A stretch of DNA of 64,000 nt from Parcubacteria group bacterium Greene0416_39 (GTDB lineage: Bacteria; Patescibacteriota; Minisyncoccia; Minisyncoccales; UBA10102): assembly GCA_007375675.1 (NCBI GenBank), contig VMEU01000001.1, positions 40,458 to 104,457 on the forward strand. The letters are read 5' to 3'. Numbering within the stretch: position 1 is the first letter of the stretch; each line of letters starts with the position of its first letter. The notes under the pieces were generated by a model. That model had not been told where the DNA came from. It did no database searches and saw nothing but the letters and a program-made list of their open reading frames with translations. Below are positions 1 to 9,788 of the stretch, in pieces. The position numbers were made by a program, and so were the translations under genes.

Positions 1-996
1 GCAAAAGAGATTGTCGCATACGCAGTGCAGAAAACCGCGGTGTCGCAGGCGCAAGAGATCACCACAAGTACTGTTGCGCTCCCTTCAGAGGATATAAAAG
101 GGAAGATCATTGGGAAGGAAGGAAGGAATATACGCTCTTTGGAGCGATTGGCAGGGGTTGAAATTGTGGTTGATGAAACCCCGGAAGCCGTGGTCATATC
201 TGGTTTTGACCCGGTGCGCCGCCACATTGCAAAAACCGCGCTGGAGCGCCTCATCAAAGACGGAAGAATTCACCCGGCAAGAATTGAAGAAGAGGTTGCC
301 AAGGCCGAGAAAGAAATAGACCAGCAGATGAAAGAAGCTGGGGAGGCAACCGCGTACGATTTGGGGATTATTGGTCTGGATCCCAAACTCGTTCAGTTGT
401 TGGGAAGGTTGAAGTTTCGCACGAGCTACGGCCAAAACGTTCTTCTGCATTCCCTTGAGGTTGCGTACTTATCTTCTGCTTTAGCTTCTGAAATTGGGGT
501 AAACGCAACAATTGCAAAGAAGGCAGGGCTATTCCATGACATTGGGAAAGCTTTGGATTACGAGGTTGAGGGTTCGCACGTTGACATTGGGATACGGGTG
601 CTAGAAAAGTTCGGAGTGGAAAAGGAGGTCATCATTGCCATGAAGTCCCACCACGAAGACTATCCGTATGAGTCTATTGAAGCTGTCATTGTGCAGACCG
701 CAGACGCAATTTCTGCGTCAAGACCTGGCGCGAGAAAAGACACTTTAGAAAACTATCTCAAGCGCATAGGGGAGTTGGAGAATTTGGCAAAATCTTTTCA
801 GGGCGTGGAGAAAGCGTACGCCATTCAGGCAGGAAGAGAAATCCGCGTGTTTGTAAAGCCAGGGGAAATTGACGACATTGCCTCAAAAAACATGGCGCGT
901 GACATTGCAAACCGAATTCAAGAAGAACTCCGCTACCCAGGAGAAATCAAAGTCACCCTCATTCGAGAGAATAGGTTTGTAGAAGTTGCAAGATAG
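1..996 (+). CDS. rny: Ribonuclease Y (5' truncated by window edge)
   Basis: KH motif KGKIIGKEGRNIR, HD domain (FRTSYGQN..HS, FHDIGK), C-terminal YPGEIKVTLIRE. Confidence 0.95.
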   Translation, partial: AKEIVAYAVQKTAVSQAQEITTSTVALPSEDIKGKIIGKEGRNIRSLERLAGVEIVVDETPEAVVISGFDPVRRHIAKTALERLIKDGRIHPARIEEEVAKAEKEIDQQMKEAGEATAYDLGIIGLDPKLVQLLGRLKFRTSYGQNVLLHSLEVAYLSSALASEIGVNATIAKKAGLFHDIGKALDYEVEGSHVDIGIRVLEKFGVEKEVIIAMKSHHEDYPYESIEAVIVQTADAISASRPGARKDTLENYLKRIGELENLAKSFQGVEKAYAIQAGREIRVFVKPGEIDDIASKNMARDIANRIQEELRYPGEIKVTLIRENRFVEVAR

Positions 997-1005
997 AAGG
1001 ATCCT

Positions 1006-2616
1006 TTATACTCCGCAACCGCCGCCCCCTTGCTGTTGCGGAATAAGATTTGGAATCTTTGCGAGTTCCGCTTGAACGTTGCCGCTGCCCGAACCGCTCG
1101 AAAAATCTTTGCCCATTACCATTTTAGGGTCAACATTCTCCCAATCGGTGTTCTTCACCGCTTTAAAATACAACGCGGTTTGAATATAGTTATCGGGAAA
1201 CCAGAATGAGTTGAACGCGAGTGCTTCTCTGTAGAGTTCATCCTCAGTTAGTCCTTGAGTTGCGCCAAGCTGCAGGAGACCGAGAAGTGCCGATCCATGA
1301 TTGCAATCTTGGAAGAAGGTTGAGTTGTTACAACAAGGCCGGTAGGTATTTTGAGCGATTTTCGTAGCCAGTGCCTCGTGGTCTGGCGTAAGTTCCACAA
1401 TCTTGAATTTGTTGAAGTACGCGCCGCCATTTTCTTCTTTGCCCAAGTTCCAGCCGCCGGTTGATGCAAAATTGAAAAGCGATTTGCCGTTGATCGGGCT
1501 GTCTTTGTTTGACGACATATAATTGGTAAGTCCCAAGGGCCAGAGGAGATTCACGTAGTAGTTTGCGTTTTCTCTCGTCAAAAGCATAGGGTTCTCTGAC
1601 GGTTTGGTGAGCACGTCTTTCAGTTCAGGAGGTAGGCCACCGCGTTCTTCGTAGATGGCTTCAAATTTTCCCCGATCAATAACGCCATTTTCTACGAGCT
1701 TCATAACACTGTCACTCAATCGGATTTTGCTTTGAAACCCTTTTTCTGGCAGGACTTTAGCCACGACTTCATCAAATAACTTATTCCCTGTTTCTGAAAA
1801 ACTTGCGCTATTCAATCTATTGTCGCTGGTGGCAAGGAGCCGTGCAATTACTGGGTCGGTTTTGAGCATGCCCCAGGCAACGTGAGTTACTATCACAGTG
1901 AGAACCAATAACCCAATGAGCCAGTGCCTCTCATTTTGTTTCAAGAAAGGGTCTCGAGGCGCTGGGCAAACGCCCTTGGCGCAGTCAGACTCCAATTTCT
2001 TGATATCTTTTCTCGTCAACCAAATCGGCAATGCAAGAAGCCCCAACGAAAGCGCTTTGAGTTCCAATCCTCCCAAAGGAAAGACGGCGAGGCCGCCAGC
2101 GATGCCAATTGCAGAGAGAAGAGTTGAGCCGCACACAGGGCACGCAGAAGCCGCTATACCCAGGAGAGAGCCCAAACCCGTAGCGGGCCCGCCCTTGCTA
2201 AAGCTGCGGCGGGGAAAGCCAAATTTCCGCAGACGATAGACAACGAGCGAAACATTGATCCCGAACAGAACAATCGCGCCAACCGTAAGCACTACATACG
2301 GCCAGAAATACAAGGGCATGCCCTTAAAATCTCTTATGAAACTGCTAATGCTCGAATCGAGTCGGAGCACCCAATAGAGCGCAATAAAGAAAACAAGCGA
2401 AGCAAAAAAACCGATGAGACCGTAGAAGAGCTTGTTGAGGAACTTGACGTTGTCTGTAGATTCTTGCATAGCGTGAGATGTAATCTCTATATTACAACTG
2501 TTATGTTCTTTGCACCATGCCTCGCACTTTTCAGCCCATTCCCTTTCTTCATAACGAAATCCGCACTCCTCGCACTGATATAATTCTTTATTTTGTTGTG
2601 TGATTGTTTTGACCAT
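1006..2616 (-). CDS. Cys-rich multi-domain membrane protein, putative metal-binding
   Basis: N-terminal CEECG..CEAWC..H..C cluster, TM region with ACPVCG, C-terminal RPCCNNS..DCNHG. Confidence 0.7.
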   Translation of the reverse strand: MVKTITQQNKELYQCEECGFRYEEREWAEKCEAWCKEHNSCNIEITSHAMQESTDNVKFLNKLFYGLIGFFASLVFFIALYWVLRLDSSISSFIRDFKGMPLYFWPYVVLTVGAIVLFGINVSLVVYRLRKFGFPRRSFSKGGPATGLGSLLGIAASACPVCGSTLLSAIGIAGGLAVFPLGGLELKALSLGLLALPIWLTRKDIKKLESDCAKGVCPAPRDPFLKQNERHWLIGLLVLTVIVTHVAWGMLKTDPVIARLLATSDNRLNSASFSETGNKLFDEVVAKVLPEKGFQSKIRLSDSVMKLVENGVIDRGKFEAIYEERGGLPPELKDVLTKPSENPMLLTRENANYYVNLLWPLGLTNYMSSNKDSPINGKSLFNFASTGGWNLGKEENGGAYFNKFKIVELTPDHEALATKIAQNTYRPCCNNSTFFQDCNHGSALLGLLQLGATQGLTEDELYREALAFNSFWFPDNYIQTALYFKAVKNTDWENVDPKMVMGKDFSSGSGSGNVQAELAKIPNLIPQQQGGGGCGV

Positions 2617-2627
2617 AGGATTTGTGG

Positions 2628-3119
2628 TTATTCGTACCGAATCTCAATCTGGTCTCCGTCTTTGACGAGATAGTTTTGGAACTCGGTGTTTGGTTCGCCG
2701 TTGACGAACATTTTGACCGCTCCTTCCGACCCATTGCAATGTTCAAGAATGCAGGAGCCGTCGAATTTCTTGCCCCATATCGCAAAAAAGCTTCCGAGAC
2801 GAACGTCCTCTTTTTTGACGGGTCCACTCATGACTTCCCAATGGAGCGTTCCCGAATCATCATGGGTATGGATATCCGTCATTCTCATCATGGGATCGTA
2901 GCGCGGGTACCCCGCATATTGCATGCCGATGCCTATATTTGCGGGAATTTTGGTTTCTTCTCCTTTGACAACGGTTTTCAATTCCGGGTGCCAGTGAATT
3001 CCTGTGCGGGAGATGATTTCGTCTTGTGGCACAGTGGTGCGAGTGCCAGAGTACCAGATGAGCGCGCCGAGCCCGCCAAGAACCAGCACACCCATAGCTA
3101 TTTGTAATTTTTTATTCAT
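2628..3119 (-). CDS. Membrane-anchored His-rich hypothetical protein
   Basis: Likely start MNKKLQ followed by TM helix; HWHP and IHTHD..LH motifs. Confidence 0.7.
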   Translation of the reverse strand: MNKKLQIAMGVLVLGGLGALIWYSGTRTTVPQDEIISRTGIHWHPELKTVVKGEETKIPANIGIGMQYAGYPRYDPMMRMTDIHTHDDSGTLHWEVMSGPVKKEDVRLGSFFAIWGKKFDGSCILEHCNGSEGAVKMFVNGEPNTEFQNYLVKDGDQIEIRYE

Positions 3120-3132
3120 AGCGCTTTGCAGT

Positions 3133-3465
3133 TTAGTATAGTTTTCCTCCAAGGGGAATATCCTTATCAGGAGCAATTAAGATACATTCGTGGTTTTCGT
3201 CGGGAATCCCAAGCGTCAAAACCTCAGATACCTCAGGCCCAATCTGTTTTGGTGGGAAGTTTACAACGCACAAAACTAATTTCCCTTTTAGTTGGTCTTT
3301 GGAGTAATTCTGTGACAATTGAGCACAGGATTTTTTGATCCCAGTTTCAGGCCCCAAATCGATTTTGAGTTTGTAGGTTGGCTTGCGTGCTTCTGGGAAA
3401 TCTTCTACCTGCACAATTTTTCCCACCCTGATATCCAGTTTTTGAAAATCTTCGTACGTTGCCAT
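3133..3465 (-). CDS. csaA: tRNA-binding protein / chaperone CsaA
   Basis: DFQKLDIRVGKI..FPEARKP..VVNFPPKQIG..SEVL OB-fold signature. Confidence 0.9.
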   Translation of the reverse strand: MATYEDFQKLDIRVGKIVQVEDFPEARKPTYKLKIDLGPETGIKKSCAQLSQNYSKDQLKGKLVLCVVNFPPKQIGPEVSEVLTLGIPDENHECILIAPDKDIPLGGKLY

Positions 3466-3538
3466 GGAGCGGGCGAGGGGAGTTGAACCCCTGTCTTGAG
3501 ATTGGAAATCTCAGGTAATACCGTTATACGACGCCCGC
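3465..3538 (-). tRNA. tRNA-Gly(TCC)
   Basis: Cloverleaf GCGGGCG...CGCCCGCTCCA, anticodon loop TT-TCC-AA. Confidence 0.93.
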
Positions 3539-3547
3539 CTTCGCCTG

Positions 3548-3618
3548 TCGGGGTGCTCGGATTCGAACCGAGATTAAATCCTCCCAAAGGACTCGTGCTG
3601 CCGTTGCACTACACCCCG
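3548..3618 (-). tRNA. tRNA-Pro(TGG)
   Basis: CGGGGTG...CACCCCGA, loop TT-TGG-GA, T loop GGTTCGAATCC. Confidence 0.92.
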
Positions 3619-3631
3619 ATATTTCTTTATT

Positions 3632-3741
3632 GTAGTCGCCTTTGGCAAACCCCGGGGAAACCTTTCTTATGCCGTCCCGCTACGCGGGACATGGCAATCA
3701 AGGTAGGTTTCCCGCCAAAACTCAAGCAGTTGAGTTTTGGC
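3632..3741. repeat. Three-hairpin tRNA-associated element, copy 1
   Basis: Same architecture as 14661-14774 and 15756-15870. Confidence 0.8.
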
Positions 3742-3777
3742 CCCAAAGCACTCGTACTGCCGGTATACGACACCCCG
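3741..3777 (-). pseudogene. 5' half of a tRNA-Pro(TGG), ending at the anticodon loop
   Basis: CGGGGTGTCGTATACCGGCAGTACGAGTGCTTTGGGG aligns with the 5' half of the neighbouring tRNA-Pro; no 3' half found. Confidence 0.75.
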
Positions 3778-3778
3778 T

Positions 3779-3860
3779 AAAATCACCCCGTGGTGGAAAA
3801 ATAGGAACGAAGTGACGTAAGAAACCTAAGGTTTCTTAAGCTGGGGGTCGGGGTGATTTT
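3779..3860. repeat. Palindromic element with ACCCCG/CGGGGT-type termini
   Basis: 12-bp perfect IR aaaatcaccccg...cggggtgatttt with internal hairpin taagaaacc-taa-ggtttctta. Confidence 0.7.
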
Positions 3861-3894
3861 TCTTTTATATCATTTTCTGTGGTATAATTCAAGA

Positions 3895-4860
3895 ATGAAT
3901 GTTCAGGGGTTGGTTGCCGAACTAAATCTTGCTGCAAAAGCGCGACAATACGGAGTTCCCTTATGGCAGCACCCGCAGTTCCTTTTCTTTGTGATGGGGG
4001 TTATCATCGCCGTTTCCAGCATCTTTTCGTATAGTTTGGGAAGGCGATACATCAGCGATCCTTACCTCGTTTCCCTTTCCGTTCTCTTCTTTACCGCGCT
4101 CTTCCTTGCCATTGCTTTTCTTATCACGAGAAGTTTTGAGAGATTGGCTGAAGCAGCAAGGTTAAAAACAGAGTTTTTGAACATAGTGTCTCATCAGCTC
4201 CGCTCGCCCTTGTCTAACCTGAAATGGACCTTGGAGGTGATGATGGAAGGAAAAAGTGAAAAAAGCGAGGCAGAAAAAGCAGAGTACTTCAGAATTCTCA
4301 AAGAGAACAGTGCCCGCATGCAAGAATTAGTGAATGACTTGCTCTTGGCTTCAAAGATTGAAGAAGGAAAACTTCAGTCAGAAAGAAAAGAATTCTCTTT
4401 GCTTGAGCTCGTGAAAGACGTGGCAGGAGAGTTTGCTCCTTGGACTCAAGCGTCAAACGTTACAATTGCGGTAGAAGGCGGATCACAGATCCAAAGAATT
4501 GTTTCAGATCCTTCTTTGGTGCGCCAGGTGCTTGGGAACCTCGTGGACAATGCCGTGCGCTACGCCTCGCAACAAGAAAGCGTTATTATAATTTCTTACA
4601 CAAAGCAAGGCAAGAACGTGAAGATTGAGGTGCAAGATAATGGCCTAGGCATTCCAGCCGGAGACCAGAAGTATATCTTTCAAAGATTTTTCCGATCCAG
4701 AAATGCTTCTCGCCAAGAAACCCAGGGGTCTGGCCTTGGCCTCTACATTGCCAAAGCCATGGTAAAGAGTTTAGGAGGAGACATAGGGTTTGAATCACAA
4801 GAACATAAAGGGTCGAAGTTTTGGTTCACTATTCCTTTTAACCAGAGTTCATCCGCATAA
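3895..4860 (+). CDS. Sensor histidine kinase
   Basis: 2 TM helices, H box VSHQLRSPL, NLVDNA, DNGLGI, GSGLGL. Confidence 0.92.
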   Translation: MNVQGLVAELNLAAKARQYGVPLWQHPQFLFFVMGVIIAVSSIFSYSLGRRYISDPYLVSLSVLFFTALFLAIAFLITRSFERLAEAARLKTEFLNIVSHQLRSPLSNLKWTLEVMMEGKSEKSEAEKAEYFRILKENSARMQELVNDLLLASKIEEGKLQSERKEFSLLELVKDVAGEFAPWTQASNVTIAVEGGSQIQRIVSDPSLVRQVLGNLVDNAVRYASQQESVIIISYTKQGKNVKIEVQDNGLGIPAGDQKYIFQRFFRSRNASRQETQGSGLGLYIAKAMVKSLGGDIGFESQEHKGSKFWFTIPFNQSSSA

Positions 4861-4946
4861 ATCAGCTAAATCAGCATTAATCTGCGGGATGCGAAGAACA
4901 AGGTTAACCGCTGATCTATACTGATACTGCGGATTGATGCTGATAA
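4851..4946. repeat. Imperfect palindrome of ATCAGC/GCTGAT units
   Basis: atccgc/atcagc/atcagc/atctgc mirrored by gctgat/actgat/gcggat/gctgat in the intergenic gap. Confidence 0.55.
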
Positions 4947-4950
4947 TACT

Positions 4951-5313
4951 ATGAAGACTATCTTGTTTATTGAAGACGAACAAGCTCTCCAGAAAACCGC
5001 CGGAGATACGCTGCGCGAAGCTGGGTTTGAGGTGATCTCGGCCTTGGACGGAGAGATCGGGCTCCGCCTTGCCAAAGACAAGAACCCAGATCTTGTTATC
5101 CTTGACTTGGTGCTTCCCAAGCTGGATGGATTTGAAGTGCTGAAAGCGTTCAAGGAAACGCAAGAAACCTCGCACATTCCTGTCATGGTTTTGACAAACC
5201 TTGAGGGTATAGAGGATATCCAAAAAGTGCTTAGCTTGGGAGCAACTACGTATTTGGTAAAAGCAAATTACACGTTGGCTGAGCTCGTAGAAAAAGTGAA
5301 AAGTGTTTTGTAG
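4951..5313 (+). CDS. Single-domain response regulator
   Basis: IEDE, PDLVILDLVLPKLDG, TN, YLVK. Confidence 0.93.
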   Translation: MKTILFIEDEQALQKTAGDTLREAGFEVISALDGEIGLRLAKDKNPDLVILDLVLPKLDGFEVLKAFKETQETSHIPVMVLTNLEGIEDIQKVLSLGATTYLVKANYTLAELVEKVKSVL

Positions 5314-5328
5314 ATTAGCATTATACTT

Positions 5329-7083
5329 ATGCATATTGAGTCTGAACAACTACAAGCGTTTCTGCTAGACGCAAACCTTGTGCCAAAAGGAAAGCTTGAG
5401 GGCGCAGTAAAGTCGGCACTAAAGGCAAAGAAGCGTCTTCGAGACGTGCTGTTGGAACAAAATCTTCTTACCGAGGAGACTTTATTGCGCATGGAGGCCT
5501 ACATCTTGGGCATTCCCTTTGTTGATCTTGAAAAAGAAAAAATTGACCCCACGGTCTTAAAAATAATTCCAGAGCCTATCGCAAAGTCGCACAACATTGT
5601 TGCGTTTCGCAGCAAGGAGCAAGACCTTGAGGTTGCAATGTTAGATCCTGACGACTTGGCGACCATTGATTTCATTCGCAAGAAATCAAACCTAAAGATT
5701 CTTCCTCGTCTCACAACAACCGCAAGCATTAAGCAAGTTCTGCGCCAGTACTCAAAGAGTTTGGAGGCGGAGTTTGGAGAGCTCATCCAAAAAGACGCAG
5801 TGGGAATCAAGGTAGTGAAGGAGGATGAAGCGCAGAAAAAGGAAGGCAAGGAAGACCTGAAAAAGGTTGCCGAGGAACTCCCTGTCATCCGCATTGTTGA
5901 TACGTTGATGCGCCACGCAATTTTGCAGAGAGCTTCAGACATTCACATTGAGCCAACGGAAAAGGAAGTCGTTGTCCGTTATAGGATTGACGGAATCCTA
6001 AGAGACGCAATGGTGCTTCCCAAAGCTGCTTCGTCAGGAATTGTTGCGCGCATCAAAGTGCTTTCTGACCTTCAGCTTGACGAGCACCGTCTTCCCCAAG
6101 ACGGGAGGTTCAAGGTGGAGACTGACGAGTACCGCTATTCCCTAAGAGTATCCATTTTGCCTGTGTTTGACGGAGAAAAAATTGTGATGCGCCTCCTTTC
6201 AGAATCTGCAAACGCGTTTACCTTAGAGCAGCTTGGATTCAGAGGAGAGGCATTGGAGCATATCCAAAAGAGTTTGAGAAAACCCGTGGGCATGATTTTA
6301 GTCACAGGCCCTACGGGTTGCGGGAAGACGACAACCCTGTATTCTATGATGGAGATTTTGAATACGCCGCAAGTGAATATCTCCACCGTGGAAGACCCAA
6401 TAGAATACCGCATGCCCCGAGTAAACCAGACCCAGGTGAATTCTAAAGTTGGCTTAACCTTTGCTTCAGGCCTCCGTTCATTGTTGCGCCAAGACCCCGA
6501 TATTTTAATGGTAGGAGAAATAAGAGACAAGGAAACCGCAGACCTTGCCATTAACTCCGCGTTGACCGGCCACCTGGTTCTTTCCACTCTGCATACCAAC
6601 AGCGCGGCAGGTTCTTTACCTCGCCTTGTTGACATGGGAGCTGAGCCCTTTCTCATTTCTTCAACCTTGAGCGTTATTGTTGGCCAGCGACTGGTGCGCA
6701 GGCTTTTGGAGGAAAAGGAGCCATACAAGCTCACAACAAAGGAGCTCGCGAGACTTACGCCCTACTGCAACGTTGAAAAGATAACAAGGATTCTTCAAGA
6801 GCAGAAACTTTTGAGCCCCAAAGGAAGGCTTCAAGATGTGGAGTTCTTTAAGCCGAAACCAACAAAAGATTTTCCTGACGGATACAAAGGGAGGGTTGGG
6901 ATTTACGAAGTATTGCCCATCACCGAGAGTATCAAACAGCTTCTTGTGCAGAAGGCAACGTCAGACCAGATTCAAGAACAGGCAGAGAAAGAAGGCATGC
7001 TCACCATGGTGGACGATGGCTTTATCAAGGCAGTGCAGGGATTAACAACCATTGAGGAAGTCCTCAGAGTTATTACAGAGTAA
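5329..7083 (+). CDS. pilB: Type IV pilus assembly ATPase PilB/GspE
   Basis: ASDIHIEP, PQDGR, GPTGCGKTTT, EDPIEY, LRQDPD, TGHLVLSTLHTN. Confidence 0.92.
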   Translation: MHIESEQLQAFLLDANLVPKGKLEGAVKSALKAKKRLRDVLLEQNLLTEETLLRMEAYILGIPFVDLEKEKIDPTVLKIIPEPIAKSHNIVAFRSKEQDLEVAMLDPDDLATIDFIRKKSNLKILPRLTTTASIKQVLRQYSKSLEAEFGELIQKDAVGIKVVKEDEAQKKEGKEDLKKVAEELPVIRIVDTLMRHAILQRASDIHIEPTEKEVVVRYRIDGILRDAMVLPKAASSGIVARIKVLSDLQLDEHRLPQDGRFKVETDEYRYSLRVSILPVFDGEKIVMRLLSESANAFTLEQLGFRGEALEHIQKSLRKPVGMILVTGPTGCGKTTTLYSMMEILNTPQVNISTVEDPIEYRMPRVNQTQVNSKVGLTFASGLRSLLRQDPDILMVGEIRDKETADLAINSALTGHLVLSTLHTNSAAGSLPRLVDMGAEPFLISSTLSVIVGQRLVRRLLEEKEPYKLTTKELARLTPYCNVEKITRILQEQKLLSPKGRLQDVEFFKPKPTKDFPDGYKGRVGIYEVLPITESIKQLLVQKATSDQIQEQAEKEGMLTMVDDGFIKAVQGLTTIEEVLRVITE

Positions 7084-8307
7084 ATGCCAACATATTCTTA
7101 TGAGGCTATATCTTCAACCGGCGAGCGTATAGGAGGCAGGGAAGTCGCGGTCTCAGAAAGGGAACTCGGGCAACTCTTGAAAGCGCGCGGCTTGGTACTG
7201 GTGCAAGCCAGTAAAGAAGCAGAAAAAAAACAGGGATCTGCGTTTTCTGATTTTTTTGCAGGGTTTTTTGGAGTGTCTCTCGCAGAGAAGCTCATGTTCA
7301 CGAGAAACTTAAAGGTTATGGTAGGAGCCGGAGTTGCCTTGCCCAAGGCCCTTGAAATTTTAACGCTGCAGGCAAAAAACAAACAACTCCGCAAGGCCTT
7401 GGAAGACATGCGCCAAAAAATATTCCAAGGGCACACGCTTTCTCAAACAATGGAGGCGCACCCCGCAGTGTTCTCTGAGCTTTTTTCCAATATGGTGAAG
7501 GTAGGAGAGGAGTCAGGAACGTTAGGCAGCGTTCTCGCGCAGCTCGCCTTGCAGATGGGGAAGCAGTACGAACTCAAAAGCAGAATCCAAGGAGCGCTGA
7601 TGTATCCTGCCGTGATACTTTTGGCAATGATTGGCATTGGGGTTTTGATGCTCGTGGTGGTAGTTCCCCAACTGGCCCGTACCTTTAAAGAGCTTAACGT
7701 TCCTCTTCCCATTACCACGCGCTTTGTCATTGGGTTGGGAGAATTTTTCACTCAGCGCTGGTACGTGGCCGCCGTCCTCTTCATTGCGGGGATTGTTGGG
7801 TTTTGGAAATTTGGGAAGACCTCAAGAGGCAAGGCGTTAAAAGACGCTCTCTTTTTTCGTTTCCCCATAATTGCCGGTATTATCTTAAAAACCAATGCAG
7901 CAACTACGGTTCGTACCCTAAGTTCTCTTATTGCTTCGGGGGTTCCTATTGTGAGGTCTTTGGAGATTACTTCTCGAGTGCTGGGAAGCTCCAAGTTTCA
8001 GCAAGCCTTATCTTTGTCAGCTCTTGAGGTAGGCAAAGGAGTGAAGCTTTCTCAGGCCCTGCGCTCCTATACGAATCTTTACCCTTTGCTTGTGGTTCAG
8101 ATGCTGGAGGTTGGCGAAGAAACAGGCAAGAGCGCGGAAGTGCTCTCACAGCTCGCCGATTTTTATGAAGAGGAAGTTGGGAACGCAACAAAGAACGTTG
8201 CGTCCGTCATAGAACCCTTGCTCATGCTTTTTATTGGAGGCGTGGTTGGGTTCTTTGCCGTTTCCATGATCCAGCCCATGTATTCCATTCTCCAAACCAT
8301 TAAATGA
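7084..8307 (+). CDS. pilC: Type IV pilus platform protein PilC/GspF
   Basis: Two T2SSF repeats (GEESG..L, ALMYP, GEETG, IEP). Confidence 0.92.
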   Translation: MPTYSYEAISSTGERIGGREVAVSERELGQLLKARGLVLVQASKEAEKKQGSAFSDFFAGFFGVSLAEKLMFTRNLKVMVGAGVALPKALEILTLQAKNKQLRKALEDMRQKIFQGHTLSQTMEAHPAVFSELFSNMVKVGEESGTLGSVLAQLALQMGKQYELKSRIQGALMYPAVILLAMIGIGVLMLVVVVPQLARTFKELNVPLPITTRFVIGLGEFFTQRWYVAAVLFIAGIVGFWKFGKTSRGKALKDALFFRFPIIAGIILKTNAATTVRTLSSLIASGVPIVRSLEITSRVLGSSKFQQALSLSALEVGKGVKLSQALRSYTNLYPLLVVQMLEVGEETGKSAEVLSQLADFYEEEVGNATKNVASVIEPLLMLFIGGVVGFFAVSMIQPMYSILQTIK

Positions 8308-8311
8308 ACAC

Positions 8312-8339
8312 TTGACAGTGTATATACAATGAGTATACT
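8312..8339 (+). promoter_or_regulatory. Sigma70 promoter of the TA module with palindromic operator
   Basis: TTGACA-16nt-TATACT containing palindrome TGTATATACA; ATG 6 nt downstream. Confidence 0.7.
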
Positions 8340-8345
8340 TAAAAC

Positions 8346-8597
8346 ATGGGAACGCTTAATATAAGAATCGATAAAAACATAAAAACGAGAGCAGGAAAGA
8401 CACTTTCTGCTTTGGGTTTAGATACCTCAACCGCAGTGCGCATTTTCTTGCATCAAGTGGTGGCCGAGAAGGGGCTTCCCTTTACTCCCACAAGAAATTC
8501 TGCAACTATCCGTATGCAATGGGATAAAGAAGTTGCCATGGCCAAGGGGAATAGCCGCCGCTACAAAACCGCGAGGGAAGCATTAGCCGATCTTTAG
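8346..8597 (+). CDS. dinJ: RelB/DinJ family antitoxin
   Basis: LNIRID..K..A...LGLDTSTAVRIFL..V..EKGLPF. Confidence 0.85.
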   Translation: MGTLNIRIDKNIKTRAGKTLSALGLDTSTAVRIFLHQVVAEKGLPFTPTRNSATIRMQWDKEVAMAKGNSRRYKTAREALADL

Positions 8598-8598
8598 A

Positions 8599-8883
8599 AT
8601 GTACAGCATTATCCGCACGAAAGCTTTTGAACGTTCCTACAAAAGGCTGAAGCAGTCAGGCATGAAAGAGCAGGTTATTGATAGTTTAAAGAATGTCATT
8701 GATACGTTGGCATCAGGTAAAACGCTAGCGTCAAACCATCGCGACCACAAGCTTACCGGGTATTTTAGCGAGTATCGTGAATGTCATGTACGACCAAACC
8801 TGCTTCTTGTATATCAAATTGATCACGGCAATCTCATACTCATACTCGTTGATATAGGATCGCATCCTTATTTATTTGGTTAA
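8599..8883 (+). CDS. yafQ: YafQ family mRNA interferase toxin
   Basis: RDHKLTG..YRECHVRPNLLLVY..IGSH..LF. Confidence 0.9.
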   Translation: MYSIIRTKAFERSYKRLKQSGMKEQVIDSLKNVIDTLASGKTLASNHRDHKLTGYFSEYRECHVRPNLLLVYQIDHGNLILILVDIGSHPYLFG

Positions 8884-8888
8884 ATTTC

Positions 8889-9788
8889 GTGACCATTAAT
8901 CTTAGACGAAAGAAATTGCGAAGAGGGTTTGGTCTTATTGAACTTTTGGTTACGATTGGGATTGTTGCGATTCTCGGCGCGATTGCTCTTCCTGTATCCC
9001 ACTATCTTGAGGAAGATGCGGCTCTGGGCAACACGGCAAAAGAAATTGCGGGAACTTTGCAACTTGCCCAAAGCAAGACCTTAGCTTCAGAGGGTGCAGA
9101 TTCCTACGGCGTGTTCTTTGACACAAATGCGAGCACCTACACTTTTTTCAAGGGAGCAAACTTTAGCCAGAGGGACACAGCTAGCGATGTAGTTTCCATT
9201 CTTCCCAAATCTATTGAGTTTTCCAGTGTTACGTTTCCCGCGGGGGAGGTGGTGTTTACAAAGATCACCGGATTTCCAAATTCTGCGGGAAGCCTTGGCC
9301 TTGGAGTAAAACAACGCCCTCAAAAAACCCAGAGCGTATTCCTTGGAAGTTCAGGAGAGATTAATACGTTAGTTTCTTCTATCCCCTCAGATCTTGCAAG
9401 GGTGAAAGATTCAAGGCACATGCACATTGCGTACGCAGGGAGAACCATTGCCACTGTGAGCGAAACCCTAAAGATTACCTTTCCAAACCAAGGAAGTCCT
9501 GTCTTCCAGAGTATCGTGATTGCAAATAACTTGGTACAGGGTCAGATTTTTTGGGAGGGAAGCGTGAACGTTGGAGTACAGGCCCAAAAACTCAAGATAC
9601 ATACTCATTTCTTAAATGACCCTGTTAACAACACGCTCTTTTCTATTCACCGAGACAAAAGGTTTAATACCAAAGGGTTTTTCCTTGAGCTTTCAGGCGA
9701 TAGCTCAGGCAACGTCATTACCTATGATGATCAAGGTCAAACAACCAAAGGAACTTCTATCTATGTTTCTTCACCTGAGTTACAGTAA
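8889..9788 (+). CDS. Minor pilin-like protein
   Basis: Class III signal GFGLIELL. Confidence 0.85.
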   Translation: MTINLRRKKLRRGFGLIELLVTIGIVAILGAIALPVSHYLEEDAALGNTAKEIAGTLQLAQSKTLASEGADSYGVFFDTNASTYTFFKGANFSQRDTASDVVSILPKSIEFSSVTFPAGEVVFTKITGFPNSAGSLGLGVKQRPQKTQSVFLGSSGEINTLVSSIPSDLARVKDSRHMHIAYAGRTIATVSETLKITFPNQGSPVFQSIVIANNLVQGQIFWEGSVNVGVQAQKLKIHTHFLNDPVNNTLFSIHRDKRFNTKGFFLELSGDSSGNVITYDDQGQTTKGTSIYVSSPELQ

